A stretch of DNA of 64,000 nucleotides from Aristaeellaceae bacterium. Lineage in GTDB: Bacteria; Bacillota; Clostridia; Christensenellales; Aristaeellaceae. Both the position numbers and the translations under genes were made by a program. Shown here one piece after another: positions 9,407 through 18,021 of this stretch. Location: contig JBJEYH010000203.1 of NCBI GenBank assembly GCA_051886675.1, positions 183 through 64,182 on the forward strand, read 5' to 3'. Position 1 is the stretch's first letter, and the number at the start of each line of letters is the position of its first letter. The notes under the pieces are model-generated. The model had not been told where the DNA came from. It saw nothing but the letters and a program-made list of their open reading frames with translations, and did not search any database.

Positions 9407-9910
9407 ATGCTCGACCGTTTGCTGACCGCCCGCGCCCTGCTGGATACCCTGACCCCGCTGCGCACCGACTGCGGCAGCATCTGCGGCGGCCGCTGCTGCG
9501 CCTCCGCCGAGGGCGAGGAAACCGGCATGCTGCTCTTCCCCGGGGAGGAGGCATACTACGCCGCCCTGCCCGGCTACCGGCTGCTGCCCACGGAGCAGGG
9601 CACGCTGCTGATCTGCTCCGGCCGCTGCGACCGGGCCGACCGGCCCCTGTCCTGCCGGCTGTTTCCGCTGCTGCCCGTGGTGCGGGAGGACGGCGTGAAG
9701 GTCGCCATGGATCTGCGGGCGAAGGCCGTATGCCCGCTGGCCCGGCAGGGCAAGTCGGCCCTGCGGGAGGAATTCGTGCAGGCGGTGCGTCAGGTGGGGA
9801 ACATCCTGTGCGAGGACGAAGCGCAGCGGGCCTTCCTCCTGCGCCTGACCCGTCAGCAGGACGAGCTGCGGGCCCTTCGCAGACAGTTCGGAGGTGACAG
9901 CCATGTTTGA
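9407..9910 (+). CDS. YkgJ-like (UPF0153) putative zinc/iron-chelating Cys-cluster protein
   Basis: ATG at 9407 with AAAAGGAGG 8 nt upstream. CGSICGGRCC (C..C...CC) N-terminal cluster plus later CSGRC and C..L Cys motifs. The track ORF start at 9044 is upstream of the terminator and so is rejected. Confidence 0.6.
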   Translation: MLDRLLTARALLDTLTPLRTDCGSICGGRCCASAEGEETGMLLFPGEEAYYAALPGYRLLPTEQGTLLICSGRCDRADRPLSCRLFPLLPVVREDGVKVAMDLRAKAVCPLARQGKSALREEFVQAVRQVGNILCEDEAQRAFLLRLTRQQDELRALRRQFGGDSHV

Positions 9911-11126
9911 GCAGGTACAGGCCATCCGGGAGGTCACCGGCGCGGGTGAGAACCTCCTGCTGTGCGCTGACAGCACCGCGCCGCTGCCGGAGCTGACCCC
10001 CTTCCTGGGCAAGGCGCAGTGCGTGTATCTGGATCCGCCCTTCATGACGGGGGATGCCTTCACCCGCCGCCGCCGCTACGGCGCGAAGGGCTGGCGCACG
10101 GGCAGCCCCGCCCCCACCTACCCCGCCTATGAGGACGCCTGCAAGGACAGGAGCCTGTACCTGTCCCGGCTGCGGGGCATGGTGGAGCAGGCCCACCGGC
10201 TGCTGGCCCTCACGGGCGTGCTGCTGCTGCACCTGGACTGGCGGATGGCGGCCTATGCCCGGCTGCTGTGCGACGAGGTCTTCGGCGAGAAGCGCTTCCT
10301 CAACGAGATCATCTGGGCCTACGAGAGCGGCGGCCGGGCGAAGCGGCACTTCAGCCGCAAGCATGACGTGATCCTCATCTACGCCCGCTCCCCGCGCTAC
10401 CGCTTCGACCTGACCCGCGTGCCGCTGGAGCGATCCGCCCTGCGCCGCAATCACATGCGCCGGGCCGTGGACGAGTCAGGCCGCAGCTATCGTTCCATCC
10501 GCTCCGGCGGCAAGACCTACCGCTATTATGAGGATGCGCCCGTCTACCCCGGCGACGTGTGGACGGACATCAGCCATCTGCAGCAGCGGGATCCCGAGCG
10601 CACCGGCTATGCCACCCAGAAGCCCCTGAAGCTGATGGACCGGCTGCTGCGGCCCTTTGTGCGGGAGGGCGAGCTGGTGTGCGACCTGTGCTGCGGCAGC
10701 GGCTCCACCCTGGTCGCGGCCCAGCAGCTGGGCTGCCGGTTCGTCGGCGTGGATCTGAGCCCTGAGGCCCTGCTGATCACCCGCAGCCGCCTGACCCTGG
10801 ACAACGTCACCCTGCTCTGCCCCGCCGCGCCGGACGCCGCGCCCCTGGAGGCCACCTTTGCCGACAGCGTGCTGCTGCTGACGGATTTCGGCGCGCAGCA
10901 TCCGCAGTTCCCCGCGACGGAGCAGACCTTCGACCGGCTGGAAAGCTGGGCGGCGGGCTACTGGACGGAGGAGGGCATGGTCGCCCTGCAGCACTTCCAG
11001 CGCACGGTGCGTCAGCCGGATCTGCCGCTGATGTGCTTCCTGCCGGAGCTGCCGGGAGCGCTGGCGGTATCCACGGTGGATGCGGCTGGCCGGCGGCGGA
11101 TGTACCGCTGGCAAGGGAACCCCTGA
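9903..11126 (+). CDS. Site-specific DNA methyltransferase, beta class (N6-adenine or N4-cytosine)
   Basis: Motif IV DPPF (VYLDPPFMTG) precedes motif I (VCDLCCGSGSTLVAAQQLG), the beta-class order. QKP helper motif present. ATG at 9903 is 8 nt after GGAGG and overlaps the upstream stop by 8 nt. ~110-aa C-terminal extension of unknown function. Confidence 0.85.
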   Translation: MFEQVQAIREVTGAGENLLLCADSTAPLPELTPFLGKAQCVYLDPPFMTGDAFTRRRRYGAKGWRTGSPAPTYPAYEDACKDRSLYLSRLRGMVEQAHRLLALTGVLLLHLDWRMAAYARLLCDEVFGEKRFLNEIIWAYESGGRAKRHFSRKHDVILIYARSPRYRFDLTRVPLERSALRRNHMRRAVDESGRSYRSIRSGGKTYRYYEDAPVYPGDVWTDISHLQQRDPERTGYATQKPLKLMDRLLRPFVREGELVCDLCCGSGSTLVAAQQLGCRFVGVDLSPEALLITRSRLTLDNVTLLCPAAPDAAPLEATFADSVLLLTDFGAQHPQFPATEQTFDRLESWAAGYWTEEGMVALQHFQRTVRQPDLPLMCFLPELPGALAVSTVDAAGRRRMYRWQGNP

Positions 11127-11143
11127 TCCGCTGATGGTTATCC

Positions 11144-11173
11144 TTGACTAACTCCGCAGGGCTGTGGTATGGT
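11144..11173 (+). promoter_or_regulatory. Putative promoter of the mntP leader (TTGACT-18 nt-TATGGT)
   Basis: -35 at 11144-11149 and -10 at 11168-11173, placing the transcription start at about the first riboswitch nucleotides. Confidence 0.5.
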
Positions 11174-11177
11174 GACA

Positions 11178-11320
11178 TCCGTAAGGGAGTAGTCGGCGCG
11201 GCAACGCGGGATGAAGTCAACATATTGGGGTTCGCCCCTGGCTTTGTACATTGCGACGAGACTTATCTGGCATTTTTCCCATACAATCAATGGGGATGCG
11301 ACGGATAAGCCTCGTTTTTT
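11178..11320 (+). promoter_or_regulatory. yybP-ykoY (Mn2+) riboswitch with terminator expression platform
   Basis: Conserved blocks GGGAGTAG (11185-11192), GTCAACATA (11216-11224), GGCTTTGT (11240-11247) and GCGACGAGAC (11253-11262). P1 pairs GTAAG with CTTAT. The 3' P1 strand CTTATC (11262-11267) can alternatively pair with GATAAG (11304-11309) of a hairpin followed by T6 (11315-11320), which is ON-switch logic. Located directly upstream of mntP. Confidence 0.85.
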
Positions 11321-11351
11321 CGTCCCTCCCCCAGACGACAGGAGGATTCTC

Positions 11352-11915
11352 ATGAGCCTGATTGAACTGTTTCTCATCGCGGTGGGACTGAGCATGGATG
11401 CCTTCGCGGTGTCCATCTGCAAGGGGCTGTCGGTGCCCAGGGCGGAGGTCAAGCATTCGCTGACCGTCGGCGCGTACTTCGGCGGCTTCCAGGCGCTGAT
11501 GCCTGCCATCGGCTATGTGCTGGGGCGTCAGTTCGAGTCGCTGATCACCAGCGTGGATCACTGGATCGCCTTTGTGCTGCTGGGGATCATCGGCGGCAAC
11601 ATGATCCGCGAGGCCATCAAGGGCGAGCAGGAGGAGCTGGATGATTCCTTCACCTTCAGGACCATGCTGCCCCTGGCCATCGCCACCAGCATCGACGCCC
11701 TGGCCATGGGCGTGACCTTCGCCTTCCTGCAGGTGCAGATTGTGCCGGCGGTGCTGTTCATCGGCGTGACCACCTTCGTGCTGTCCGCCATCGGCCTGAA
11801 GGTGGGCAACGTGTTCGGCGCGAAGTACAAGTCCCGGGCGGAGCTGTTCGGCGGCGTGGTGCTGGTGCTGATGGGCATCAAGATCCTGCTGGAGCATCTG
11901 GGCATTCTGGGCTGA
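11352..11915 (+). CDS. mntP: Manganese efflux pump MntP
   Basis: 187 aa, six TM segments, duplicated SMDAFAVS / SIDALAMG motifs. ATG at 11352 after AGGAGG. The track start at 11211 lies inside the riboswitch. Confidence 0.9.
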   Translation: MSLIELFLIAVGLSMDAFAVSICKGLSVPRAEVKHSLTVGAYFGGFQALMPAIGYVLGRQFESLITSVDHWIAFVLLGIIGGNMIREAIKGEQEELDDSFTFRTMLPLAIATSIDALAMGVTFAFLQVQIVPAVLFIGVTTFVLSAIGLKVGNVFGAKYKSRAELFGGVVLVLMGIKILLEHLGILG

Positions 11916-11923
11916 CGGCCCTC

Positions 11924-12875
11924 GCGGCAGACATTCCCCCCCGGCGCAGACATGACGGCTGTGCCAGGGGTTTTTCATGGGCGGCGCGCAGGGCGATCTG
12001 CCGATTCCGTACCCCGCACGGTTTCCTTCGTCATCCCGCTCCCCTGCCGATGCGCGGCAGACATCCCCCTGGTGTAAGCGTGACGAATATGCCGGGGGTT
12101 TTTCGTGGACGCGCGCGGGACGATCCTCCGGCACGCACCCCGCACGGCTTCCTTCGCCATTCCTGTCCCTCTGTCGATACGCGGCAGACATCCCCCCGGC
12201 ACAAGCGCGACGAATATGCCGGGGGTTTCTTGGGCGTGCGGGGCGATCTGCCGATCCCGCACCCCGCACGGCTTCCTCGCTATCCCGATCCCCTGCCGAT
12301 GCGCGTCAGGCATCCCCCCGGCGCAAGCGCGACAGCAGTGCCGGAGGTTTTTCACGGGCGGCGCGCGGGGCGATCTGCCGATCCCTCACCCCGCACGGTT
12401 TCCTTCGCCATTCCTGTCCATCTGCCGATGCGCGGCAGGCATCCCCCGGCACAAGCGCGACAGCAGTGCCGGGGGTTTTTCATGGGCGGCGTGCGGGGCG
12501 ATCTGCCGATCCCGCACCCCGCACGGCTTCCTCGCCATCCCGCTCCCCTGCCAATGCGCGGCAGGCATCCCCCCGGCACAAGCGTGACGAATATGCCGGG
12601 GGTTTCTTGGGCGCGCAGGGCGATCCTCCGGCCCGCACCCCGCACGGCTTCCCTCGTCATCCCCGCTCCCCTGCCGATGCGCGGCAGGCATCCCTCCGGC
12701 GCAAGCGTGACGAATATGCCGGGGGTTTCTTGGGCGCGCGGGACGATCCTCCGGCCCTCACCCCGCACGGCTTCCCTCGTCATCACCGCCCTCCTGCCAA
12801 TGCGCTGCAGGCATCCCCCGGCGCAAGCGCGACGGCTGTGCCGGGGGTTTTTCACGGGCGACGCATCTTCCGCCG
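11924..12875. repeat. Tandem repeat array 1: about 7.6 copies of a 122-130 bp unit
   Basis: Unit anchor GCGGCAG(A/G)CATCC recurs at 11924, 12054, 12181, 12303, 12432, 12558, 12681 and 12804. Each unit contains CCCCGGCA-N15-TGCCGGGGG followed by a T-rich run (TTTTT or TTTCTT, varying between units). Open in several frames on both strands. Confidence 0.9.
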
Positions 12876-12895
12876 GTCATCACCCCCGGGCATGC

Positions 12896-12931
12896 AAAAA
12901 CCGGCAGGGCCGCTGTGAACGGCTCTGCCGG
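12896..12931 (-). terminator. Rho-independent terminator of the 12946-15615 gene
   Basis: CCGGCAGGGCCG-N7-CGGCTCTGCCGG stem. The plus-strand A5 at 12896-12900 gives a T-run on the minus strand. Confidence 0.75.
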
Positions 12932-12945
12932 TGATGATGCGCGTT

Positions 12946-15615
12946 TTACTTGATCATGCTCTGGGTCAGCTTCCAGCCCGCGTCGAGGCACTTCTGATGG
13001 CTGGTGGCGTACGGGCCGATGGCCGCCACCTGGGCGTCCGTGCGCGGGAAGTGGATGCAGGCATGGCCGGCGAAGTTGTTGTCGGTGATGTGCTGCACCT
13101 CATGGGGCATGGAGTGGGTGGAGGCCATGTACACCGTGCCGTCGCCGAAGAGCACCCACACAGCCTTGGGGTTCCAGGTGTTGCCGCCGAAGGCCTTCTC
13201 CATCTTGGCGGTGTCCGCGGCGGTCAGGGGCTCAACCTCCGCGTGGTTGCCGAAGGAGAACATATGCACCTGCCAGGAGATGCCCGTGGAGAAGTCATAC
13301 ACCGTGGCGTACTGGTAGATCCTCGCCTGCGCGCGGACGGTGGAATACCAGTTGGCGTAGACCACGTTGGCGGCGGTAAGCCTGCTGGTGGTGGTGCTCA
13401 GGCCGGGCGTCGCAGTAGCCGTGGCGCTGCTGGAGGAATTGGCCGCCGTCGCGTTGACGCTGCTCAGCGCCGCCAGGGTCTGCTTGCCGGCGATGCCGTC
13501 CACCGTCAGACCGTTGGCCTTCTGGAAGGCCTGCAGCGCGCGGTAGGTCAGCACGCCGAAGTTGCCGTCCGCCTCGCCCGCCAGATAGCCCAGGCTGATC
13601 AGCCGCTGCTGCAGCAGCACCACAGCCTCGCTGATGTCACCCCTGCGCAGGGTCTGGGAGGTGGCCAGGCTGAGGGCCGGGGTGGGCGTCGGGGTGGGCG
13701 CGCTGGAGACGGTGGCCGAGTAGAGCAGGGACAGGGTCTGGGTGCCGGCCTTGGCATCCCGGACAAGGCCGTTGGCCTTCTGGAAGGCGTAGACCGCCTC
13801 GGCCGTCTTGGTGCCGAAGATGCCGTCCGCTGTGCCGCTCAGGTAGCCCAGCTCGATCAGCCGCTGCTGCATGGCGGCAACCGCGTCGCCGGTATCGCCC
13901 TTCTTCAGGGTGGTGAAGGATTCCACCGTGCCGCCGGCAATGGCGCCCGAATAGGTGATGGCCGACTGGCTGTACAGCTTGAGCTGCGTGTTGTACCCGG
14001 CGATGCCGTCGGCGGTCAGGCCGTTCTTCTTCTGGAAGGCCTTGATGGCCGCCACGTCGTCCGCCTTGCAGGTGCCGTCAGGATTGGCGGTGTAGTAGCC
14101 CAGCTGGGTCAGGCGCAGCTGCAGCCGGGTCACCTGGGGATCCGTCACGCCCAGGGTGATCTTGACCACGTTGTCCTGGGTGATGGGCGCATAGGAGATC
14201 GTGACCGTGGGCGCGGGGGTGGGAATCGGCGCGGGCGAGGGCGTGGGCGTCTGGTTGAAGCCCAGCGCGCTGTAGCTGAACAGCCGATCGTAGGTATCGC
14301 TGCCCGCCACGCCGTCAGCCGTCAGGCCGTGCTTGGTCTGGAAGGTCTTCAGCGCGGCCACGCTGCCGGAGCCGAACTTGCCGTCCACCGTGCCGGTGTA
14401 GTAGCCCAGATCCTTCAGCCGCTGCTGCACCAGCTTCACATTATCGCCGGTATCGCCCTGGCGCACGGTGGCGGAGGGCACCTGGAAGGTAGGCGCGGGC
14501 GTGGGCGTGGGGGAAGGCGTGGGGGTGGGCGTGGCGTTGGCGCTCAGGGCGAAGCCGCCCAGCAGCTTGCTCTGGGTGTTCACGCCGCAGATGCCGTCCA
14601 CGGTCAGGCCGTTCTTCTTCTGGAAGTTCTTGACAGCGGTCTGGGTGGTCTTGTCATACACGCAGGTGATTTCGCCGGTGTAGTAGCCCAGCTCCTGCAG
14701 ACGGGTCTGCACGGTGCCCACCAGATCGCCCTGATCGTTCAGGCGGATGGTCACGCCGCTGACGGGCGCCAGGGTCTTCACCTCGGTCTTGACGCCCTTG
14801 GCGTTCTTGGGCTTGCCGCTGTAGAGGAAGGCCTGCAGATTGGCGTCCACAATGCCGGTGGCGGGATAGCTGTTGGCGCTCTGGAAGGCGATGACCGCGT
14901 TCTCCGTACCCTTGCCGAAGATGCCGTCCGCCGTGCCGGAAAGGAAGCCCAGCTCCGTCAGGGCCTGCTGCAGGGCCTTGACCGCCGCGCCCGTGCTGCC
15001 CAGCATCAGCACCTCGTAGCCCGAGGCGTTCTCCTCAGGCGATACGGTGGCGACCACGGGCGTGGGCGAGGGCGTCGCGGTGGCCTTGACGATGGTCTTG
15101 ACCAGGATGTAGTCGATCTTGGCATAGCCGTCCTGACCGTTGTAGGTCACCTGGGCGAAGGTGCCGGAAATCTTGTGGACGGTGATGGTCGCGCCCTTGG
15201 GGATGGTGGCCAGCTTGTCGGAGGTGACGGACTGCTTGGCCCGCAGGTTCACGCTGGCGGTGGTCACCGTCTCATAGGGGTAGCCGGTGGCGGTGGTCAC
15301 CACAGGGGTGGGGGTGACCATATCGCTGGCGGCGGTGGAGATGAATTCCTTCATCACATAGCCGCTCTTGCCGTCATACTTCACCTTGTAATAATTGCCG
15401 CTGGAGCCGACCACCGTAACGGTCGCCCCCTGGGGGATCCGATCCACCAGCGCGGCGGTGGACGACGCGCTGCGGCGCATGTTCACCTTCACCGTCGCCA
15501 CGGACGTAAAGGGATAGGTCTCCGCCGCCGCGGAAACACACACGGCCATCATCAGCAGCAGCGCCGCTGCCAGCCATACGTACTTCCTACCGATCCATGC
15601 CTTCGCCTGACGCAT
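12946..15615 (-). CDS. Secreted cell-wall protein: 2 bacterial SH3 domains + 6 PG_binding_1 repeats + unassigned ~165-aa C-terminal domain
   Basis: Signal peptide (WLAAALLLMMAVCVSAAA). Two SH3b-like segments (..V.VNMR...S......IP.GATVTV....G.YYKV.Y.GKSGYV). Six LQ..L..LGY..G..DG.FG..T..A...FQ..NGL..DG repeats separated by P/T-rich linkers. C-terminal domain with H-x14-GHACIHF. Confidence 0.85.
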   Translation of the reverse strand: MRQAKAWIGRKYVWLAAALLLMMAVCVSAAAETYPFTSVATVKVNMRRSASSTAALVDRIPQGATVTVVGSSGNYYKVKYDGKSGYVMKEFISTAASDMVTPTPVVTTATGYPYETVTTASVNLRAKQSVTSDKLATIPKGATITVHKISGTFAQVTYNGQDGYAKIDYILVKTIVKATATPSPTPVVATVSPEENASGYEVLMLGSTGAAVKALQQALTELGFLSGTADGIFGKGTENAVIAFQSANSYPATGIVDANLQAFLYSGKPKNAKGVKTEVKTLAPVSGVTIRLNDQGDLVGTVQTRLQELGYYTGEITCVYDKTTQTAVKNFQKKNGLTVDGICGVNTQSKLLGGFALSANATPTPTPSPTPTPAPTFQVPSATVRQGDTGDNVKLVQQRLKDLGYYTGTVDGKFGSGSVAALKTFQTKHGLTADGVAGSDTYDRLFSYSALGFNQTPTPSPAPIPTPAPTVTISYAPITQDNVVKITLGVTDPQVTRLQLRLTQLGYYTANPDGTCKADDVAAIKAFQKKNGLTADGIAGYNTQLKLYSQSAITYSGAIAGGTVESFTTLKKGDTGDAVAAMQQRLIELGYLSGTADGIFGTKTAEAVYAFQKANGLVRDAKAGTQTLSLLYSATVSSAPTPTPTPALSLATSQTLRRGDISEAVVLLQQRLISLGYLAGEADGNFGVLTYRALQAFQKANGLTVDGIAGKQTLAALSSVNATAANSSSSATATATPGLSTTTSRLTAANVVYANWYSTVRAQARIYQYATVYDFSTGISWQVHMFSFGNHAEVEPLTAADTAKMEKAFGGNTWNPKAVWVLFGDGTVYMASTHSMPHEVQHITDNNFAGHACIHFPRTDAQVAAIGPYATSHQKCLDAGWKLTQSMIK

Positions 15616-15711
15616 ATCCTCGCCCTCCGCATTACTGTTTCTGGCAACCGGCTTAATGCCGGAATCATCATCACAAACCCGCGGTCATCCACGGATAGCT
15701 TACCAGTCTTT

Positions 15712-15740
15712 ATTTTAAGCCACAGGGGGGAATGTGTCAA
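15712..15740 (-). promoter_or_regulatory. Putative sigma-A promoter (TTGACA-17 nt-TAAAAT on the minus strand)
   Basis: The reverse complement of 15735-15740 is TTGACA and of 15712-15717 is TAAAAT, with an exact 17-nt spacer, ~95 nt upstream of the ATG at 15615. Confidence 0.6.
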
Positions 15741-15890
15741 CGGCTTATTTCACATTTCTGTAACAAAAAATCAAAATTTTTGCCGCAAGGCGGCTCTGCC
15801 CTGCCATGATTCATCCCCCATGGTACAATGCCGGTATCCCGGCGCGGGTCTTTGCGCATCCCGCACCACCCCCTGACAGGAGGTTTCGCC

Positions 15891-16403
15891 ATGCCTTCCG
15901 AACCGTCCCCGTGGCGTCATCAGGCCCGCAACGCCTTTGACCAGCTGTGCCTGCATGACTGCGTGATCTCCTCCTTCGCCCTGGAGGACGGCGATCTTGT
16001 CCTGTCCCTGGACAACGGCTTCCAGGCGCTGACGGGCGCCGCCTGCAACCCCGGCAGCAAAGTCCTCCGTACAGGCCCGGCCCAGCTGCGCTTCCGCGGC
16101 GTGGAGACGCTGTATGACCTGAGCTGCCAGCGGGAGCTGTGCCTGTTCGGGCACACCTGCCTGCTCCTGTGGGAAAACGCTGCCCCTGACGCCATCCTCC
16201 GGCTGATGCGCGCAGGGCGGCTGTTGCTCCTGGCGCTGGACATGCATACCGCCGGAGGAAGCCTGATCTTCACCGGCACGTTCCGTCAGCGCTGGCGGCC
16301 CTTCGGGCTGAACCGGCGGTTCTTCTACTGGCCCGTGTATGGCAGGCCACCGCTGACGGTGGATTTTTTCTGGAACGACCTGCAGCCCGAACGCGGGGAA
16401 TAA
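15891..16403 (+). CDS. Hypothetical protein
   Basis: ATG at 15891 with AGGAGG 8 nt upstream and a TGGTACAAT extended -10 at 15821-15829. 170 aa, no family recognised. Confidence 0.55.
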   Translation: MPSEPSPWRHQARNAFDQLCLHDCVISSFALEDGDLVLSLDNGFQALTGAACNPGSKVLRTGPAQLRFRGVETLYDLSCQRELCLFGHTCLLLWENAAPDAILRLMRAGRLLLLALDMHTAGGSLIFTGTFRQRWRPFGLNRRFFYWPVYGRPPLTVDFFWNDLQPERGE

Positions 16404-16411
16404 CAGGCATC

Positions 16412-16460
16412 AAAAAGGCAGCGGCGACGCATCCTGCGCATTGCCGCTGCCCTGCTTTTC
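16412..16460. terminator. Bidirectional terminator between convergent genes
   Basis: GGCAGCGGC-N17-GCCGCTGCC stem flanked by AAAAA upstream and a T-rich run (CTGCTTTTCTTTC) downstream. Confidence 0.65.
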
Positions 16461-16472
16461 TTTCACCGGGGT

Positions 16473-17051
16473 TCAGTCCCCCATGTGCAGATCCTTGAAG
16501 TTCCCCAGATCCCCGCTGGCCCAGTGCTTGCGGCACAGCGACACATACTGGCTCGAGCCCCCCAGCAGGATCTGGTCGCCCTCCTTGACCACCCGGCCGT
16601 CCACCACGCGGGCGTTGCAGATGGCCTTCTTGCCGCACCAGCAGATGGTCTTGATCTCCTCGATGGTGTCCGCCCAGGCCATCAGCCACTGGCTCCCCTC
16701 GAAGAAGTTCCCCTGAAAGTCCGCCCGCAGCCCGTAGGCGATCACCGGCACGTTCAGGTCGTCCACAATGTGCACCAGCAGCTCCACCTGCGCCCTGGTC
16801 AGGAACTGCGCCTCGTCCACAATCACGCAGTCGTACTGGCGCACGTCGATGGAGGGTACCTCCTCCATGAACACGCACTCCGTGGACAGCCCGCAGCGGG
16901 ACAGCACCGTGCGCTCGCCATCCCGGTTGTCCAGCTTCGGCTTGACCATCAGCACCTTCTGGTTGCGCTCCTTGTAGTTGTACTGCACCATGATGGCATT
17001 GGCGGTCTTGCTGGAGCCCATGGCTCCGTATCGGTAGTAGAGCTTGGCCAC
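16473..17051 (-). CDS. tdk: Thymidine kinase
   Basis: GAMGSSKT P-loop, VDEAQF, and C-terminal Zn ribbon C.C..A....R ... LCR.H. GTG start at 17051 with AAGGAG 7 nt upstream. The longer track ORF is an upstream extension with no ribosome-binding site. Confidence 0.9.
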   Translation of the reverse strand: MAKLYYRYGAMGSSKTANAIMVQYNYKERNQKVLMVKPKLDNRDGERTVLSRCGLSTECVFMEEVPSIDVRQYDCVIVDEAQFLTRAQVELLVHIVDDLNVPVIAYGLRADFQGNFFEGSQWLMAWADTIEEIKTICWCGKKAICNARVVDGRVVKEGDQILLGGSSQYVSLCRKHWASGDLGNFKDLHMGD

Positions 17052-17074
17052 GGCGCGCGTCTCCTTTGCGTTTT

Positions 17075-17875
17075 TTACAGGCTCAGGCTGGGATAGATCA
17101 TGCTCACGCCCAGGCTCTGGGCGCCAAAGGCACGGGTCAGGCCGCGCATGGGCAGGCTGCGGTTCATGATCCGGCAGCTTACCTGCGTCACGCCCTCCGC
17201 CGCCATGATGGCCATGCTCCGGTGCAGCAGCGCCTTGCCCATGCCCTGCCCCCGGCTGCCGGGAACAATGTACATCACCACCAGCTCGCAGGCATTGCCC
17301 TCCCCCGCCAGCACAATCTCGCCGATCAGGTCGGTGTTGCGGTACAGCCCCAGCGCCAGAAAGTGCGGCAGACACTGCAGATTCTGCAGATAGTTCAGGT
17401 CGATGAAGGTCACGTCGTGCTGCTGCAGCCGCGCCAGGAAGGCGTTCTGCTCCTCGAGGGTGTTCAGCGGCACGGGCGCCACCGCGCAGCTCATGGGAAT
17501 CCGGCCGTCACCGGCGGGAATCTGCAGCTGAAGCAGCTCCTCGGCGTCCTCGCAGGAGAAGCCGCTGTGCAGATAGAATTCCCTGGCCCGCTCGTCCTCG
17601 GGCTTGATGGCGGTATACACCCGCGCGCCCACGTTGGGATTGCTGTCCCGCAGCTGCCTCGCCCGCGCCACCACCGCCCCGAACAGCACATACCGCGCCG
17701 AGGGCTGGCAGTCCAGGCTGAAGTAGAGGTTGATGGGGCAGTCCGGATAGATGTGCGGCTGATACTGGTAGATGATATACCCCACGCCCATTTCCGTGCC
17801 CATATCGTCCAGGGCGATGAACACGTCTTCCGGCGGGAGGCCGTTGTACATCCCCTGGGGATGAATCACCTGCAT
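17075..17875 (-). CDS. GNAT family N-acetyltransferase (two-lobed)
   Basis: C-terminal acetyl-CoA motif VMYIVPGSRGQGMGKALL. The start is uncertain: ATG at 17875 is preferred, and the track start at 17947 remains possible. Confidence 0.7.
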   Translation of the reverse strand: MQVIHPQGMYNGLPPEDVFIALDDMGTEMGVGYIIYQYQPHIYPDCPINLYFSLDCQPSARYVLFGAVVARARQLRDSNPNVGARVYTAIKPEDERAREFYLHSGFSCEDAEELLQLQIPAGDGRIPMSCAVAPVPLNTLEEQNAFLARLQQHDVTFIDLNYLQNLQCLPHFLALGLYRNTDLIGEIVLAGEGNACELVVMYIVPGSRGQGMGKALLHRSMAIMAAEGVTQVSCRIMNRSLPMRGLTRAFGAQSLGVSMIYPSLSL

Positions 17876-18021
17876 GGCATTAAGTCCTTTCAAAAGTTCG
17901 AATGCGTCTTGCGTAACATGGCCGCGTACCGGCCGGCCACCGATCATTGTAGCATACCGTCCCGTGCCTGCGCAAGGGGCACTTGCCGCCGGGCGGCACG
18001 CTCAGCCCGTCAAGGGCGGAT

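Noticed and set aside
9903-11126. A restriction-modification system around the DNA methyltransferase.
   Set aside because: No endonuclease-like, specificity-subunit or helicase gene is adjacent on either side, and the neighbours have unrelated housekeeping-type families.
11924-12875. Whether tandem arrays 1-4 are CRISPR arrays.
   Set aside because: The units are 101-130 bp and directly abutting, with no unique spacers between short repeats. No cas genes or leader-like AT-rich region are present.
11977-12934. Long ORFs running through the repeat arrays (11977-12918, 12050-12934, 11217-12269 minus, 61972-62712, 61826-62440 minus) as repeat-containing proteins.
   Set aside because: They are open in several frames on both strands at once. 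Unit lengths are not multiples of 3 (122-130 and 113-115 bp), so the peptide repeat is not maintained. No ribosome-binding site is present, and the composition is Arg/Pro/Gly/Ala-rich as expected from GC content.
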